Source of the DNA: an uncultured bacterium
GTDB taxonomy: Bacteria > Oederibacteriota > Oederibacteriia > Oederibacteriales > Oederibacteriaceae
Direction of reading: 5' to 3'
NCBI GenBank assembly: GCA_965112635.1
Contig: OZ218778.1
Coordinates: forward strand, 2,144,001 to 2,208,000
DNA: 64,000 bases
Positions 1 to 9,350 of the stretch are shown here, one piece after another. The translations under genes and the position numbers were made by a program. A model generated the notes under the pieces. The model was not told the DNA's origin. It ran no database searches and was given only the letters and a program-made list of their open reading frames with translations. Within the stretch, counting starts at the first letter, position 1, and each line of letters opens with the position of its first letter.

Positions 1-174
1 GGAAGTGTGGATTCAGTGAAACTCACCGCCTCGATTGGTCTTTCATATGAGCATCCTCCCTACTCAAAGGGATTGGATCATCAAAAAGCTGCTAACTTAG
101 CAAAAAATCATGCCAAGGAATCTGGGAAAAATTGCGTCTGTGAATTAATAAAAACAAAATTCGTTATTCATTAA
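1..174 (+). CDS. C-terminal end of a GGDEF-domain protein (truncated by window edge)
   Basis: Frame 1 reads GSVDSVKLTASIGLSY...AANLAKNHAKESGKNCVC...IH*; T-x-SIG and AK-x-x-GKN-x-V are the GGDEF C-terminal motifs. Not in the ORF track. Confidence 0.65.
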   Translation, partial: GSVDSVKLTASIGLSYEHPPYSKGLDHQKAANLAKNHAKESGKNCVCELIKTKFVIH

Positions 175-367
175 ACTAAACATAAATTAAATTCAAGTCT
201 TCAAATATAAGATTGCCCAACCCCCATAGACACTGTTCCTCCCGTAAAACAACGGAAACGCTGTCACGGGATGAATGATTAAAAAAGCCTTCTTCACAAT
301 TTTTCCGCCGGCGGGTTTTTAGCCCCGCATTTAATCCCCGGAATCAGTAAACCTTTAACCCTGGATT

Positions 368-408
368 TGTCACTTTCACGCTTGCGCAAACATGAAAGTG
401 ACATTTTT
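368..408. terminator. Long hairpin between convergent genes, probable terminator
   Basis: TGTCACTTTCA (368-378) and TGAAAGTGACA (393-403) are exact inverted repeats; the stem extends with G-U pairs on the minus strand; a T-run follows on the plus strand. Confidence 0.5.
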
Positions 409-441
409 GGCGGGTTGGCAGAAAATGGAAATTTACTGCGA

Positions 442-741
442 TTACTTTTTCATCAGGAAACCGGAGACCATTATCAGTGTGACCAGCAGGGCGATGAGTG
501 CGGTTTTGCGTTCTCCTGCTTTGGCATAACCATAGATGAGCATGACCAGCCGCAGGACAGGCGTCAGGACCAATAAAAGAATGCCAGCCAGAGTGATGTC
601 CAGGCCGATGGCGGGGTTGAATGAAAATAAAGAAGAGCTGAGAAGGCCCAGGAACATAATGGTCCCGCTGGTCCACACGCTCCAGAGCAAGACCAAATGT
701 ATGAGTTTTTTCACTTGTTGTTCAGAGTTCATCGCTTTCAA
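442..741 (-). CDS. DUF1634-type small membrane protein
   Basis: Three hydrophobic segments with GILLLVLTPVLRL motif; overlaps the stop of the TauE gene, its usual partner. Confidence 0.75.
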   Translation of the reverse strand: MKAMNSEQQVKKLIHLVLLWSVWTSGTIMFLGLLSSSLFSFNPAIGLDITLAGILLLVLTPVLRLVMLIYGYAKAGERKTALIALLVTLIMVSGFLMKK

Positions 742-1577
742 CCTCCCAGGTTGAAAAACATTTTTACGGCTATGGCGAACATGAGCAAGCTGAACGCCAC
801 CTGCAGTTTTTCGCTTTTGACCCCTGCCAATATTTTCATTCCCAGGGAAGAACCCGCAAGGACGCCGATGACCAAAACCGCGGTCAGGTCAGGAATGACC
901 AGGCCGTGCTGGAAGAAAACTATGGCGCTGGTGGCCGCGGTCACGCCCAGCATGAAGTTGCTGGTCGCGGCAGCGGCTTTCATGGGCACCCCGCAGACAA
1001 GATGCATGAGCGGCACCTGGATGATGCCTCCGCCTATACCCAGCATGCCGGAGAGCGCGCCTGCCGCGAGAGAAATAGGCATGGCCCAAGACAGCTTTTT
1101 CACGCCATAGCCGATGGTCTTTTTGGTGGCCGGGTCAAAATATTCCCCGCCTATCTCTCCTTTTGATGGAGGCAAATAATCTTCGTCGGTATTTTTTCCC
1201 CGCAGGCTGGCAAGGCCTCTCCAAAACATGGTACAGGCTGAAGCGACCACGAGCAGGGCAAAAAAGAATTTAAGAAAATAGGGGGAAAGAAGGCTGGCGA
1301 TGAAAGCGCCGCTCAAGGCGCCCAAGGAGGTGGAGATTTCCAGGGACAACCCCAGACGCATGTTGGCAATGCCTTTTTCCACATTGATGGCCGCGACCGC
1401 GCTGGAAGTGGCAATGATGGTGACCAGGGAGGTGGCTATGGCATTGAGCATGGGGACATGTAGATAAATGACCATGGCGGGAATGAGCAGGATGCCGCCG
1501 CCAATACCGAACACGGCACCCAGCATCCCGACCAGACTGCCCAGGAGGACCAGGAGTATTATTTCCAACAGACCCAA
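738..1577 (-). CDS. Sulfite exporter TauE/SafE family protein
   Basis: Two repeats of GxGGG-x-I-x-x-P (FGIGGGILLIP, LGIGGGIIQVP), AxATS motifs, multi-TM. Confidence 0.92.
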   Translation of the reverse strand: MGLLEIILLVLLGSLVGMLGAVFGIGGGILLIPAMVIYLHVPMLNAIATSLVTIIATSSAVAAINVEKGIANMRLGLSLEISTSLGALSGAFIASLLSPYFLKFFFALLVVASACTMFWRGLASLRGKNTDEDYLPPSKGEIGGEYFDPATKKTIGYGVKKLSWAMPISLAAGALSGMLGIGGGIIQVPLMHLVCGVPMKAAAATSNFMLGVTAATSAIVFFQHGLVIPDLTAVLVIGVLAGSSLGMKILAGVKSEKLQVAFSLLMFAIAVKMFFNLGG

Positions 1578-1688
1578 TTCAGTATCTCCCCATTAAAAAG
1601 TTGCTAAAATAGGTAGCGCATTTATGTTTTTGTCATTGATGTTACACTATAGCGCAACTTAACAAAAAAGGAATTACAGGATTTCAAA

Positions 1689-3992
1689 ATGAACTATTCC
1701 ATTGCAGAAGTAGCCATCCCCCTGGCCATAGACAAAGTATTTGACTACAAGATACCCGAAGAGTGGGGAGAGCTTGTCCGAGTCGGCAAAAGGGTGTTCG
1801 TCCCTTTTGGCAATAAAAAGACGACCGGGTTTGTGGTCGGGCTGAAACAAAGTTCCGGTGTCAGCGTCCTGAAAGATATCGAGGATATCCTGGATACCCA
1901 GCCTGTTTTTGACGAAAACATGCTGGACCTGTGCCGCTGGATGTCCCAATACTATGTGTGCTCTTTGGGTGAGGCTTTGCAGGCCGCTTTGCCCGGGTTG
2001 GGGGATTGGGAAGAGAAGACAATAATTAGTTTAAATAAAGACAAGGTCAAAGTTCAAGAAGCCAAAAGTCCACGTCAAACGCGCTGTTTGACGCGACTGC
2101 CTTTGAGCGGGAACGCTCTATTACAAAGGCGGTCGAAGCCCAATGAGCTGATTGACCTTCTAATCGAGAAAAAGAAGGTGACTGTCGGCCAGATAAAAAA
2201 GGCGCTGAAATGGAAAAATCCCACTGCCTTTCTGGCCCAGATGGAAAAGCAGGGAATCATTACAATCCAGCAAAAGGTGGAAAAGAAAAAGGGGATTTCG
2301 GGCGCGCCAACTGATGTTCGCGTGGAGGAAAGCCGGCAAACAGAAAAGTTTACTTTTGTTTTGACCCCGGAACAAAAACAGGCCATGGCTGTGCTGGAAC
2401 CCAAAATGGTTGAGCAAAAGTTCGGGGTGACGCTTTTGCAGGGCGTGACCGGCAGCGGCAAGACCGAAGTATATCTACGCTGCGCTTCATTCATGAAAAG
2501 CTTGGGCAGGCAATCCTTGATACTTGTGCCGGAAATATCCTTGACGCCCCAGACCATGGACCACTTCAAGTCCATTTTTGGTGACAGCGTGGCGACCCTG
2601 CACAGCCGGCTCACCCAAAAGGAGTCGCTGGCAGAGTGGTCGAAAATAAAGTCCGGCCAGGCATGGGTGGTGGTGGGGCCGCGTTCGGCTGTGTTCGCCC
2701 CTTTGGACAAGCTGGGTCTCATTGTCATCGATGAGGAGCAGGAAACTTCTTACAAGCAGGGCGAAACACCCCGTTACCATTGCCGCAGCGTTGCCCTCAT
2801 GCGGGCCAAGCAGAACCAAGCCCTGGTCCTGCTGGGTTCGGCGACGCCTTCCCTGGAATCGCGATACTACGCTGAAAAAAAAGAGTACGGCCACATTGTC
2901 TTTAAGAAAAGGATATTGGACAGGCCTTTGGCCCAGGTCAAAGTCGTGGACATGAGGACCGAACTCAAGCAGGCCAACAAAACCCTGCTCATTTCCAGCG
3001 AATTGAAAAATAAGCTGAGCCAGTGCATCAATAACGGGGAGCAGGCCCTGCTATTTCTTAACCGCCGGGGGTTTTCCACCATTGTCCTGTGCGTGGAATG
3101 CGGATATGCTTTCCGCTGTCCGGCCTGCAGCGTGGCCATGACCTATCACCTGGGCATCAATAGACTGAAATGCCACTATTGCCTGTATGAAACCACTTTG
3201 CCTCAGGTGTGCCCCATGTGCAGTTCCAAAAAAATAGAAAAATACGGGGTCGGCGTCCAGCAGGTGGAGGCAGAAGCCAGGGCCATGTTCCCGAAGGTAG
3301 GGGTGGACAGGATGGATGTGGACGCCACAACCAAAAAAAACGCTCACAGGGAGATCCTGGGGCGATTTAAAGAGGGTAGGACGAAGATTTTGGTGGGCAC
3401 TCAGATGATAGCCAAGGGTTTGGATTTTCCCGGGGTGACCCTGGTGGGAGTCATCTCATCGGATACCAGTTTAAATTTCCCCGACTTTCGGTCAGGGGAG
3501 CGGACTTTTCAGCTTTTGACCCAAGTGGCCGGGAGGGCGGGCAGGGGGCAAAAACCCGGAGAAGTGATCATTCAGACATTTGTGCCCGACCATTATGCCA
3601 TCCAGGCCGCGAAGAGCCAGGATTATGACGCTTTTTACCAAAAAGAGTTAAAATATAGACAGGAGCTGGGCTATCCTCCTTTTAGCCGGATGGCCCAGGT
3701 GATCTTTAAAAGTACAGACCTGGAAATGCTTCAAAAGGCCAGCTTGGACTTTCGAAAAGATTTGGAGAGAGCACTGGCAGCCAAAAAGACGGCCAGCGTC
3801 AAAATTTTAGGGCCGGCGCCGTGTGTTATCGAGAAGATAAAGGGTTTTTACCGCTGGCAGATGCTGATTCGGGGAGCCAAAAGGCAGGAGTTCGCGGCTT
3901 TTTGCCAGTCTGAGCTGAAGCTGGCTAAAAATAAATTTGAGTTGGGCCGTGTTTTGATTAGTATTGATGTCGACCCTATGGGTATGGCCTAG
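1689..3992 (+). CDS. priA: Primosomal protein N' (replication restart helicase)
   Basis: N-terminal FDYKIP/RVFVPFG domain, Walker A GVTGSGKT, DEEQ, SATPS, CxxC Zn fingers, GTQMIAKGLDFP, QVAGRAGR, C-terminal IDVDP. Confidence 0.97.
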   Translation: MNYSIAEVAIPLAIDKVFDYKIPEEWGELVRVGKRVFVPFGNKKTTGFVVGLKQSSGVSVLKDIEDILDTQPVFDENMLDLCRWMSQYYVCSLGEALQAALPGLGDWEEKTIISLNKDKVKVQEAKSPRQTRCLTRLPLSGNALLQRRSKPNELIDLLIEKKKVTVGQIKKALKWKNPTAFLAQMEKQGIITIQQKVEKKKGISGAPTDVRVEESRQTEKFTFVLTPEQKQAMAVLEPKMVEQKFGVTLLQGVTGSGKTEVYLRCASFMKSLGRQSLILVPEISLTPQTMDHFKSIFGDSVATLHSRLTQKESLAEWSKIKSGQAWVVVGPRSAVFAPLDKLGLIVIDEEQETSYKQGETPRYHCRSVALMRAKQNQALVLLGSATPSLESRYYAEKKEYGHIVFKKRILDRPLAQVKVVDMRTELKQANKTLLISSELKNKLSQCINNGEQALLFLNRRGFSTIVLCVECGYAFRCPACSVAMTYHLGINRLKCHYCLYETTLPQVCPMCSSKKIEKYGVGVQQVEAEARAMFPKVGVDRMDVDATTKKNAHREILGRFKEGRTKILVGTQMIAKGLDFPGVTLVGVISSDTSLNFPDFRSGERTFQLLTQVAGRAGRGQKPGEVIIQTFVPDHYAIQAAKSQDYDAFYQKELKYRQELGYPPFSRMAQVIFKSTDLEMLQKASLDFRKDLERALAAKKTASVKILGPAPCVIEKIKGFYRWQMLIRGAKRQEFAAFCQSELKLAKNKFELGRVLISIDVDPMGMA
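2073..2141 (+). repeat. Palindromic (double-hairpin) in-frame insert in priA
   Basis: CGTCAAAC/GTTTGACG (2073-2093) and CGACTGCCTTTG/CAAAGGCGGTCG (2094-2135) with inner GAGCG-GGAA-CGCTC. Confidence 0.55.
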
Positions 3993-4010
3993 GGCAAGAA
4001 AGGAAGCAGC

Positions 4011-4565
4011 ATGGCAGAAGAAACCGAAAAAGAACAGGTAAGGACCCTGGGTGAAGGTGTGCTGAGGAAAAAGGGCGAAATGGTGGTTTCCGTTGATGAT
4101 GAGATCAAGGCGTTGGTAAAACGAATGATCAAGGGCCTCTATGAAAATAAGGGTATCGGCCTGGCTGCCCCGCAGATCGGGGTATCCAAGCAAGTTACGG
4201 TTATTGATACCAGCCAGGGAACCAACATGAAAGACCTGTATGTGCTCATCAATCCCATCATAGTTGAAAAAAAGGGCGAGGTTTTGCTGGATGAGGGATG
4301 CCTCAGCCTGCCGGGGTTCAGGGCCCAGGTCAAACGGGCGGTGGAAGTAAAGGTTGAGGCTTTAAATCTCAAAGGTCAGAAATACACCATCGAAGCCACA
4401 GGCCTGCTGGCCCAAGCTTTACAGCACGAGCTGGACCACCTTAACGGAATCTTGTTCATTGACCACTTGCCTTGGTGGCAGAGGCTTTTCACCTACAGAA
4501 GGCAGATCAACCAGGTCAAGTTCGAGACCAGGATGAAATTGTTGTCCCAGGCTCAAGATGAATGA
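4011..4565 (+). CDS. def: Peptide deformylase
   Basis: GIGLAAPQIG, EGCLS, QHELDHLNG motifs. Confidence 0.97.
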   Translation: MAEETEKEQVRTLGEGVLRKKGEMVVSVDDEIKALVKRMIKGLYENKGIGLAAPQIGVSKQVTVIDTSQGTNMKDLYVLINPIIVEKKGEVLLDEGCLSLPGFRAQVKRAVEVKVEALNLKGQKYTIEATGLLAQALQHELDHLNGILFIDHLPWWQRLFTYRRQINQVKFETRMKLLSQAQDE

Positions 4566-4580
4566 GCGGGGTGCTCCAAG

Positions 4581-5525
4581 ATGAGAATCGTTTTCATGGG
4601 GACCCCGGATTTTGCCGTGCCTTGCCTGGAAGCCCTCCAAAAAAACCACGAAGTCGTCGCCGTAGTCGTTCAGCCCGATAAGCCGCAAGGCAGGGGTATG
4701 AATGTTTTGGCGCTGCCTGTCAAAGTGCTGGCTGTTTCTTTGGGTCTGCCGGTTTTGCAGCCGAATGACGTAATGGACGAGGGGTTTGCTGAAAAGTTAA
4801 AAGCACTCCGGCCCGAACTGGGTGTGGTGGTGGCCTACGGCCAGTTTTTGACCCAGGAAATACTGGGCATCCCGGTGAAAGGCTGGATCAATGTGCATGC
4901 TTCTCTGCTCCCCAAATACCGCGGGGCCGCTCCCATAACCAGGGCAATCTGCGCGGGTGAGGCCGAGACGGGCTTGACTATACAATTCCTGGACCTTAAA
5001 ATGGATTCCGGCGATGTGATCATGAGACAAAAAGTAGAGATCACCGACCAAGATACCACGGAAACCCTGAAATCCCGCCTGCAACAAAGCGCACCCGGAC
5101 TTCTACTAAAGGCCGTGGGATTGATAGGGCAGGGTAGGGAAACAAGGGAAAAACAGAACGACCAAGAGGCCACTTTTGCCCCTATGCTGCGGAAAGAGGA
5201 TGGCCTGATCAATTGGAGCAGGAGTGCCAGGGAGATCTATAATCAGGTGAGAGCCATGGACCCCTGGCCTGCTGCTTATAGCACACTCAACGGCAAGGTT
5301 ATCAAGGTTTGGGAAGCAATGGTTAGAGAAGCTGATAGCACGGGTCAGCTTGGTATCATAGGAGAGATAGTTAAAGATACAGGCTGGGTCGTTAGCACAG
5401 GAAAAGGGACTCTTTTGGTAAAAACCATCCAAGCCCAGGATGGCAAAAAAATGAACGCTTTTACCTATGGGCTGGGTCACCAAATAAAAGAAAAAATGAT
5501 GTTTGATTGGGTCAGATTTGGCTAA
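4581..5525 (+). CDS. fmt: Methionyl-tRNA formyltransferase
   Basis: MRIVFMGTPDFA start, INVHASLLPKYRGAAPI; follows def. Confidence 0.97.
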   Translation: MRIVFMGTPDFAVPCLEALQKNHEVVAVVVQPDKPQGRGMNVLALPVKVLAVSLGLPVLQPNDVMDEGFAEKLKALRPELGVVVAYGQFLTQEILGIPVKGWINVHASLLPKYRGAAPITRAICAGEAETGLTIQFLDLKMDSGDVIMRQKVEITDQDTTETLKSRLQQSAPGLLLKAVGLIGQGRETREKQNDQEATFAPMLRKEDGLINWSRSAREIYNQVRAMDPWPAAYSTLNGKVIKVWEAMVREADSTGQLGIIGEIVKDTGWVVSTGKGTLLVKTIQAQDGKKMNAFTYGLGHQIKEKMMFDWVRFG

Positions 5526-5549
5526 AATAGTTTTAACAAGCCAACTCTG

Positions 5550-5612
5550 CCTGCCCCCTCGCCCAGCGAAGCTGGGCTACGGGCAGGTTTTCAACCCCGG
5601 CCTATGGCCGGG
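5550..5612 (+). terminator. Two GC-rich stem-loops between fmt and htpX (terminator or REP-like)
   Basis: CCTGCCC..GCCCAGC-GAA-GCTGGGC..GGGCAGG followed by TTTT; then CCCGGCC-TAT-GGCCGGG. Confidence 0.5.
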
Positions 5613-5644
5613 ATTTCAAACCAAGTGGCTAGGAGGAAAATAAG

Positions 5645-6520
5645 ATGAACGGTTTTAAAACCACTTTACTGATGCTTTTGCTCTTCTTAGTTTTTATGGG
5701 AGTGGGACAATGGCTGGGCGGCCAGCAGGGCCTGATATTGGCTTTTTGCTTTGCTTTGGTCACTAATTTCATTGGCTACTTTTTCAGCGATAAGATCGTC
5801 CTGAGCATGTACGGCGCCAAAGAGATAGGCCGGGAAGACGCGCCTTCTATTTATAGGGCGGTGAGCAATCTGACCCAAAAAGCCGGTATCCCTATGCCCA
5901 AGATCTACGTGATCCCGTCGGAGTCTCCCAATGCTTTTGCGACAGGTAGGAATCCCAACCATGCGGCGGTTGTTTTTACCCAGTCCATTGTCCAGATCTT
6001 AAATGACGACGAACTGGAAGCGGTCATTGGGCATGAACTTTCCCATGTCTTACACCGGGATATCTTGATCAGCACCATCGCAGCCACCATGGCAGCGACC
6101 ATCACGATGCTGGCCCATATGTTGCAATGGGCTATGATTTTCGGTGGCGTGAGAGGAAGGGACAATGAAAGGGGGGGGAACGGATTGGAAATGATCGCTA
6201 TGATCATCCTGGCCCCTATCGCGGCCATGCTTATCCAGCTGGCTGTTTCCAGGTCCAGGGAGTTTGCCGCGGATGAAGGAAGCGCGAAACTGACCGGCAA
6301 GCCGCTGGCCTTGGCCAATGCCCTTAAAAAATTGGAGGAAGGGGTTAAAGTACTGCCCATGCAGGAGGCGACTCCGGCCACGGCGCATATGTTCATTGTG
6401 AACCCCATGAGGGAAAGCTTCCTGCTCCAACTTTTCAGCACGCATCCTTCCACAGGACGCAGGATCAGCAGGCTGACCCAGATGGCTCAGAATTTGAATC
6501 AAGTTTATCGGCGCAGATAA
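5645..6520 (+). CDS. htpX: Zinc metalloprotease HtpX (M48)
   Basis: [15 protein letters not shown] zincin motif, [15 protein letters not shown]; RBS AGGAGG. Confidence 0.95.
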   Translation: MNGFKTTLLMLLLFLVFMGVGQWLGGQQGLILAFCFALVTNFIGYFFSDKIVLSMYGAKEIGREDAPSIYRAVSNLTQKAGIPMPKIYVIPSESPNAFATGRNPNHAAVVFTQSIVQILNDDELEAVIGHELSHVLHRDILISTIAATMAATITMLAHMLQWAMIFGGVRGRDNERGGNGLEMIAMIILAPIAAMLIQLAVSRSREFAADEGSAKLTGKPLALANALKKLEEGVKVLPMQEATPATAHMFIVNPMRESFLLQLFSTHPSTGRRISRLTQMAQNLNQVYRRR

Positions 6521-6538
6521 TCAGACCAAGGGAGAGCT

Positions 6539-8257
6539 GTGCATAAAAACTTCGGGTGCGTGGTCCTTGCTTTCTTGCTTTTGTGCTTTGGGCAAAATCT
6601 GGCAGGCAAGGCGATCCCTTTCAAAAGTCTTGAACAAAATTCATATGTCCCCTCAGAGATACTGGTAAAGTTCAAGTCGTCGGCCACAGATGACCAGATC
6701 GAGAAATTCCTAGGGCAGAATAAACTCACTCGCAAGCACTTTTTTCCTCAAATTTCTATCCATCATCTGGTCGTGCCGAGCGGAGTGGATGCCGTGACTT
6801 TTCTCAACCAGATTAAAGGCAACCCGCTCGTCGAATATGCCCAGCCTAACTATAAAGTGCATGCCTTGCAGTGCACTTCCTATTCTCCGGTGACCTGGAC
6901 AGCCCTGAACGATCCCTATTACTTGGGTTCGGGAACTCAATACCAATGGAACATAGCCAGGATCCAACTAGACGTAGCTTCAAAGCATTATGTAACTTCC
7001 ACAGCCAGGCCTTATAACGCCTGTTTTGGAAATCCCAATTCAGGAACCATTATTGCGATCATGGATACGGGAGTCAGGCCGAATCATCCGGACCTGCAGG
7101 ATTTGACAGATTTAACCACCACAGCAAAAATTCTCCCCGGGGTCAATTATTCCGAGGGAGCCACAACTGCCGATGATAACAATACCGATGAAAGCGGTGA
7201 TTATGTGGGCGGTCATGGAACCCATGTCTCGGGGGTGGCAGCCGCCCAATCCGATAATGCTGCGGGCATCGTGGGAGTGGCGGGGAACTGTTATATCATG
7301 CCCATAAAAGTTTTAGATCAAAACGGCGGTGGTTCTGACGCATCCATTATCCCTGGATATTTTTATGCTGCTGACCACGGGGCTAAAGTGATCAATTGCA
7401 GTTTTGGGGGGACGACTTCCAGCCAAGCAGAGCTGGACGCCGTGACTTACGCCTACAAAAAAGGCTGTCTTATTGTGGCCGCTACAGGAAACGACGGGAA
7501 ACCGACTTTGGATTATCCTGCGGCCTATCCTAACGTTATGCCTGTGGGAGCTACGGATTCCTGTGATAAGCTGACCTGGTTCTCTAATTATGGGAATGGG
7601 ATTTCTGTGGTAGCGCCCGGAGGCGCCGGGGATGGCACTTGTTCAGACGATATTTTAAGCACCGCCAATGGTTTTGCCGGAAATCCCTGCGGCGCTTATG
7701 TGTCAGGGTCCAATGATTACGGTTTTCTGGCTGGTACATCTTTTTCATCGCCTGCCGTGGCGGGTTTGGCTGCTGTTTTATTTTCTCTGTCCCCGGCGGC
7801 TTCTCCTGATACCATCAGAACTATCATTGAAAGAACTGCCGACCCGGTGGACGGGGGCGCGGCGGGAATATGGAACCAACGCACAGGATATGGAAGAATC
7901 AATGTTGATAGGGCCATCGGATATATATTAGGGAATGTTAGTCAATCCAATAGTTCTCCAGCGGGAAGCCGCGCCTATAATTATCCTAATCCGTTTTCTC
8001 CAAAAAAGAACCTTTACACCACCATTGTCTTTAATGTGACGCGTGTCGAGGGCGTCAATTTTGCGATCTACGATTGTGCGGGCCGAGTGGCATGGGAATA
8101 TACTGTCCCGGCCAGCCAAGTAACGATAGGTTGGTATAACTTCTTGAGATGGGACGGAACTAATGCGCTTGGACAGGCGGTTGCCAATGGGGTTTATTTT
8201 TGCAAGATCAACGGCGGAGGGGTGTCGGTGATCAAAAAACTTGTGGTGCTTAAATGA
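6539..8257 (+). CDS. Secreted S8 subtilase with prodomain and C-terminal FlgD-Ig/T9SS-like domain
   Basis: Signal peptide; YVPSEILVKFK...VEYAQPNY prodomain; triad DTG, GHGTHV, GTSFSSP; tail YNYPNPF..IYDCAGR..WDGTN..GQAVANGVY..KKLVVLK. Confidence 0.9.
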   Translation: MHKNFGCVVLAFLLLCFGQNLAGKAIPFKSLEQNSYVPSEILVKFKSSATDDQIEKFLGQNKLTRKHFFPQISIHHLVVPSGVDAVTFLNQIKGNPLVEYAQPNYKVHALQCTSYSPVTWTALNDPYYLGSGTQYQWNIARIQLDVASKHYVTSTARPYNACFGNPNSGTIIAIMDTGVRPNHPDLQDLTDLTTTAKILPGVNYSEGATTADDNNTDESGDYVGGHGTHVSGVAAAQSDNAAGIVGVAGNCYIMPIKVLDQNGGGSDASIIPGYFYAADHGAKVINCSFGGTTSSQAELDAVTYAYKKGCLIVAATGNDGKPTLDYPAAYPNVMPVGATDSCDKLTWFSNYGNGISVVAPGGAGDGTCSDDILSTANGFAGNPCGAYVSGSNDYGFLAGTSFSSPAVAGLAAVLFSLSPAASPDTIRTIIERTADPVDGGAAGIWNQRTGYGRINVDRAIGYILGNVSQSNSSPAGSRAYNYPNPFSPKKNLYTTIVFNVTRVEGVNFAIYDCAGRVAWEYTVPASQVTIGWYNFLRWDGTNALGQAVANGVYFCKINGGGVSVIKKLVVLK

Positions 8258-9249
8258 TAAGCCGCAGAGGGTTGCTTATTTTATGGTTTGGTTTTTTTGT
8301 TTTGATCGCCTGTTTCATCTCTCTTTTTGCGGATGACGACGGCGGATCATCCCCGGCAGCTTATTTGGGTTCGGGCATTGGGTCGCGGGCTTTGGGGATA
8401 GGTGCTTTTACGGCCTTAGCCGATGATGGGACGGCTGCTTATTGGAATCCCGCAGGACTTGGTCAATTAAAAAATTTTGAATTTGATAGCCAAGTATCTC
8501 TTTTGTCTTTAAATCGTTCGCATAATTTCATCAGCTATGACCACAACTTAAATAAGTACGGCGTATTGTCCGCTATGTTGGTAAATTATTCAGCGGGTAA
8601 TGATTTGGAAGCGAGACAATCCAATACTTTAAGTCCAGACTCTCTTTTTTCGGATTCGGAAGATTGTTTTTACCTTAGCTGGGGGAAAGATTTTAATAAC
8701 CACTGGTTATTTGGGATGAACCTTAAAGTGCTTCTGCAGAATCTTTATAACCAAAATGCTTTTGGGCTGGGTTTTGATCTGGGTACTTTATATAAGGATC
8801 CTCAGGGCTGGTCTGCTGGTCTTATGTTGCAGGATGTTTATAGCTACCTTAGCTGGAATTTAAGCGGCGCTGTCGATCACCTGCCTTTTGTAGGAAGGAT
8901 TGGTTTGGCCTATCCAGTCGTGAAGAACTTGGAAGCTGCAGGGGACTTGGAAAATGGGATCAGTTATTTAACAACCTGGAAGTGGGGATTAGGCGCCGAA
9001 TACACCATGGAAGATCATTTCTTTATAAGGGCTGGTGTTAGGAATTTGTTGCCCTGTTTTGGGTTGGGGTTAGATTTTCCTTTTGCCGGTACTAGGTGTT
9101 GTTTCGATTATTCTTTGGGTCTTGATAATATCGACCAGTCGCTAATCCATAATTTATCTTTACAAGTGCGGTTTGAGAATTGGCAGGGGTTTACCAGCAA
9201 TGAGAACCCAGAAGCGTTAAACACTGCGCCAACGAATAAAAATCCTTAA
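8254..9249 (+). CDS. PorV/PorQ (UPF0164)-like outer-membrane beta-barrel
   Basis: Signal peptide, GSRALGIG-AFTALADD-TAAYWNPAGL N-terminal motif, GFDLG, GAEY, DYS...HNLSL strands. Confidence 0.85.
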   Translation: MISRRGLLILWFGFFVLIACFISLFADDDGGSSPAAYLGSGIGSRALGIGAFTALADDGTAAYWNPAGLGQLKNFEFDSQVSLLSLNRSHNFISYDHNLNKYGVLSAMLVNYSAGNDLEARQSNTLSPDSLFSDSEDCFYLSWGKDFNNHWLFGMNLKVLLQNLYNQNAFGLGFDLGTLYKDPQGWSAGLMLQDVYSYLSWNLSGAVDHLPFVGRIGLAYPVVKNLEAAGDLENGISYLTTWKWGLGAEYTMEDHFFIRAGVRNLLPCFGLGLDFPFAGTRCCFDYSLGLDNIDQSLIHNLSLQVRFENWQGFTSNENPEALNTAPTNKNP

Positions 9250-9350
9250 ACTCGGGTTATTGATGGTTTGTGAAATTCTTTGATTAGGATCGTGATAAAA
9301 TTTATCAGTTCGTTATTTTTTCTAATATCATTTGGGGTTAAGGAGAATAT

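Noticed and set aside
9293-9307. TGATAAAATTTATCA palindrome resembling a Fur 7-1-7 box upstream of accA
   Set aside because: Equally explained as an extended -10 (TGaTAAAAT) in AT-rich DNA; no iron-related genes downstream.
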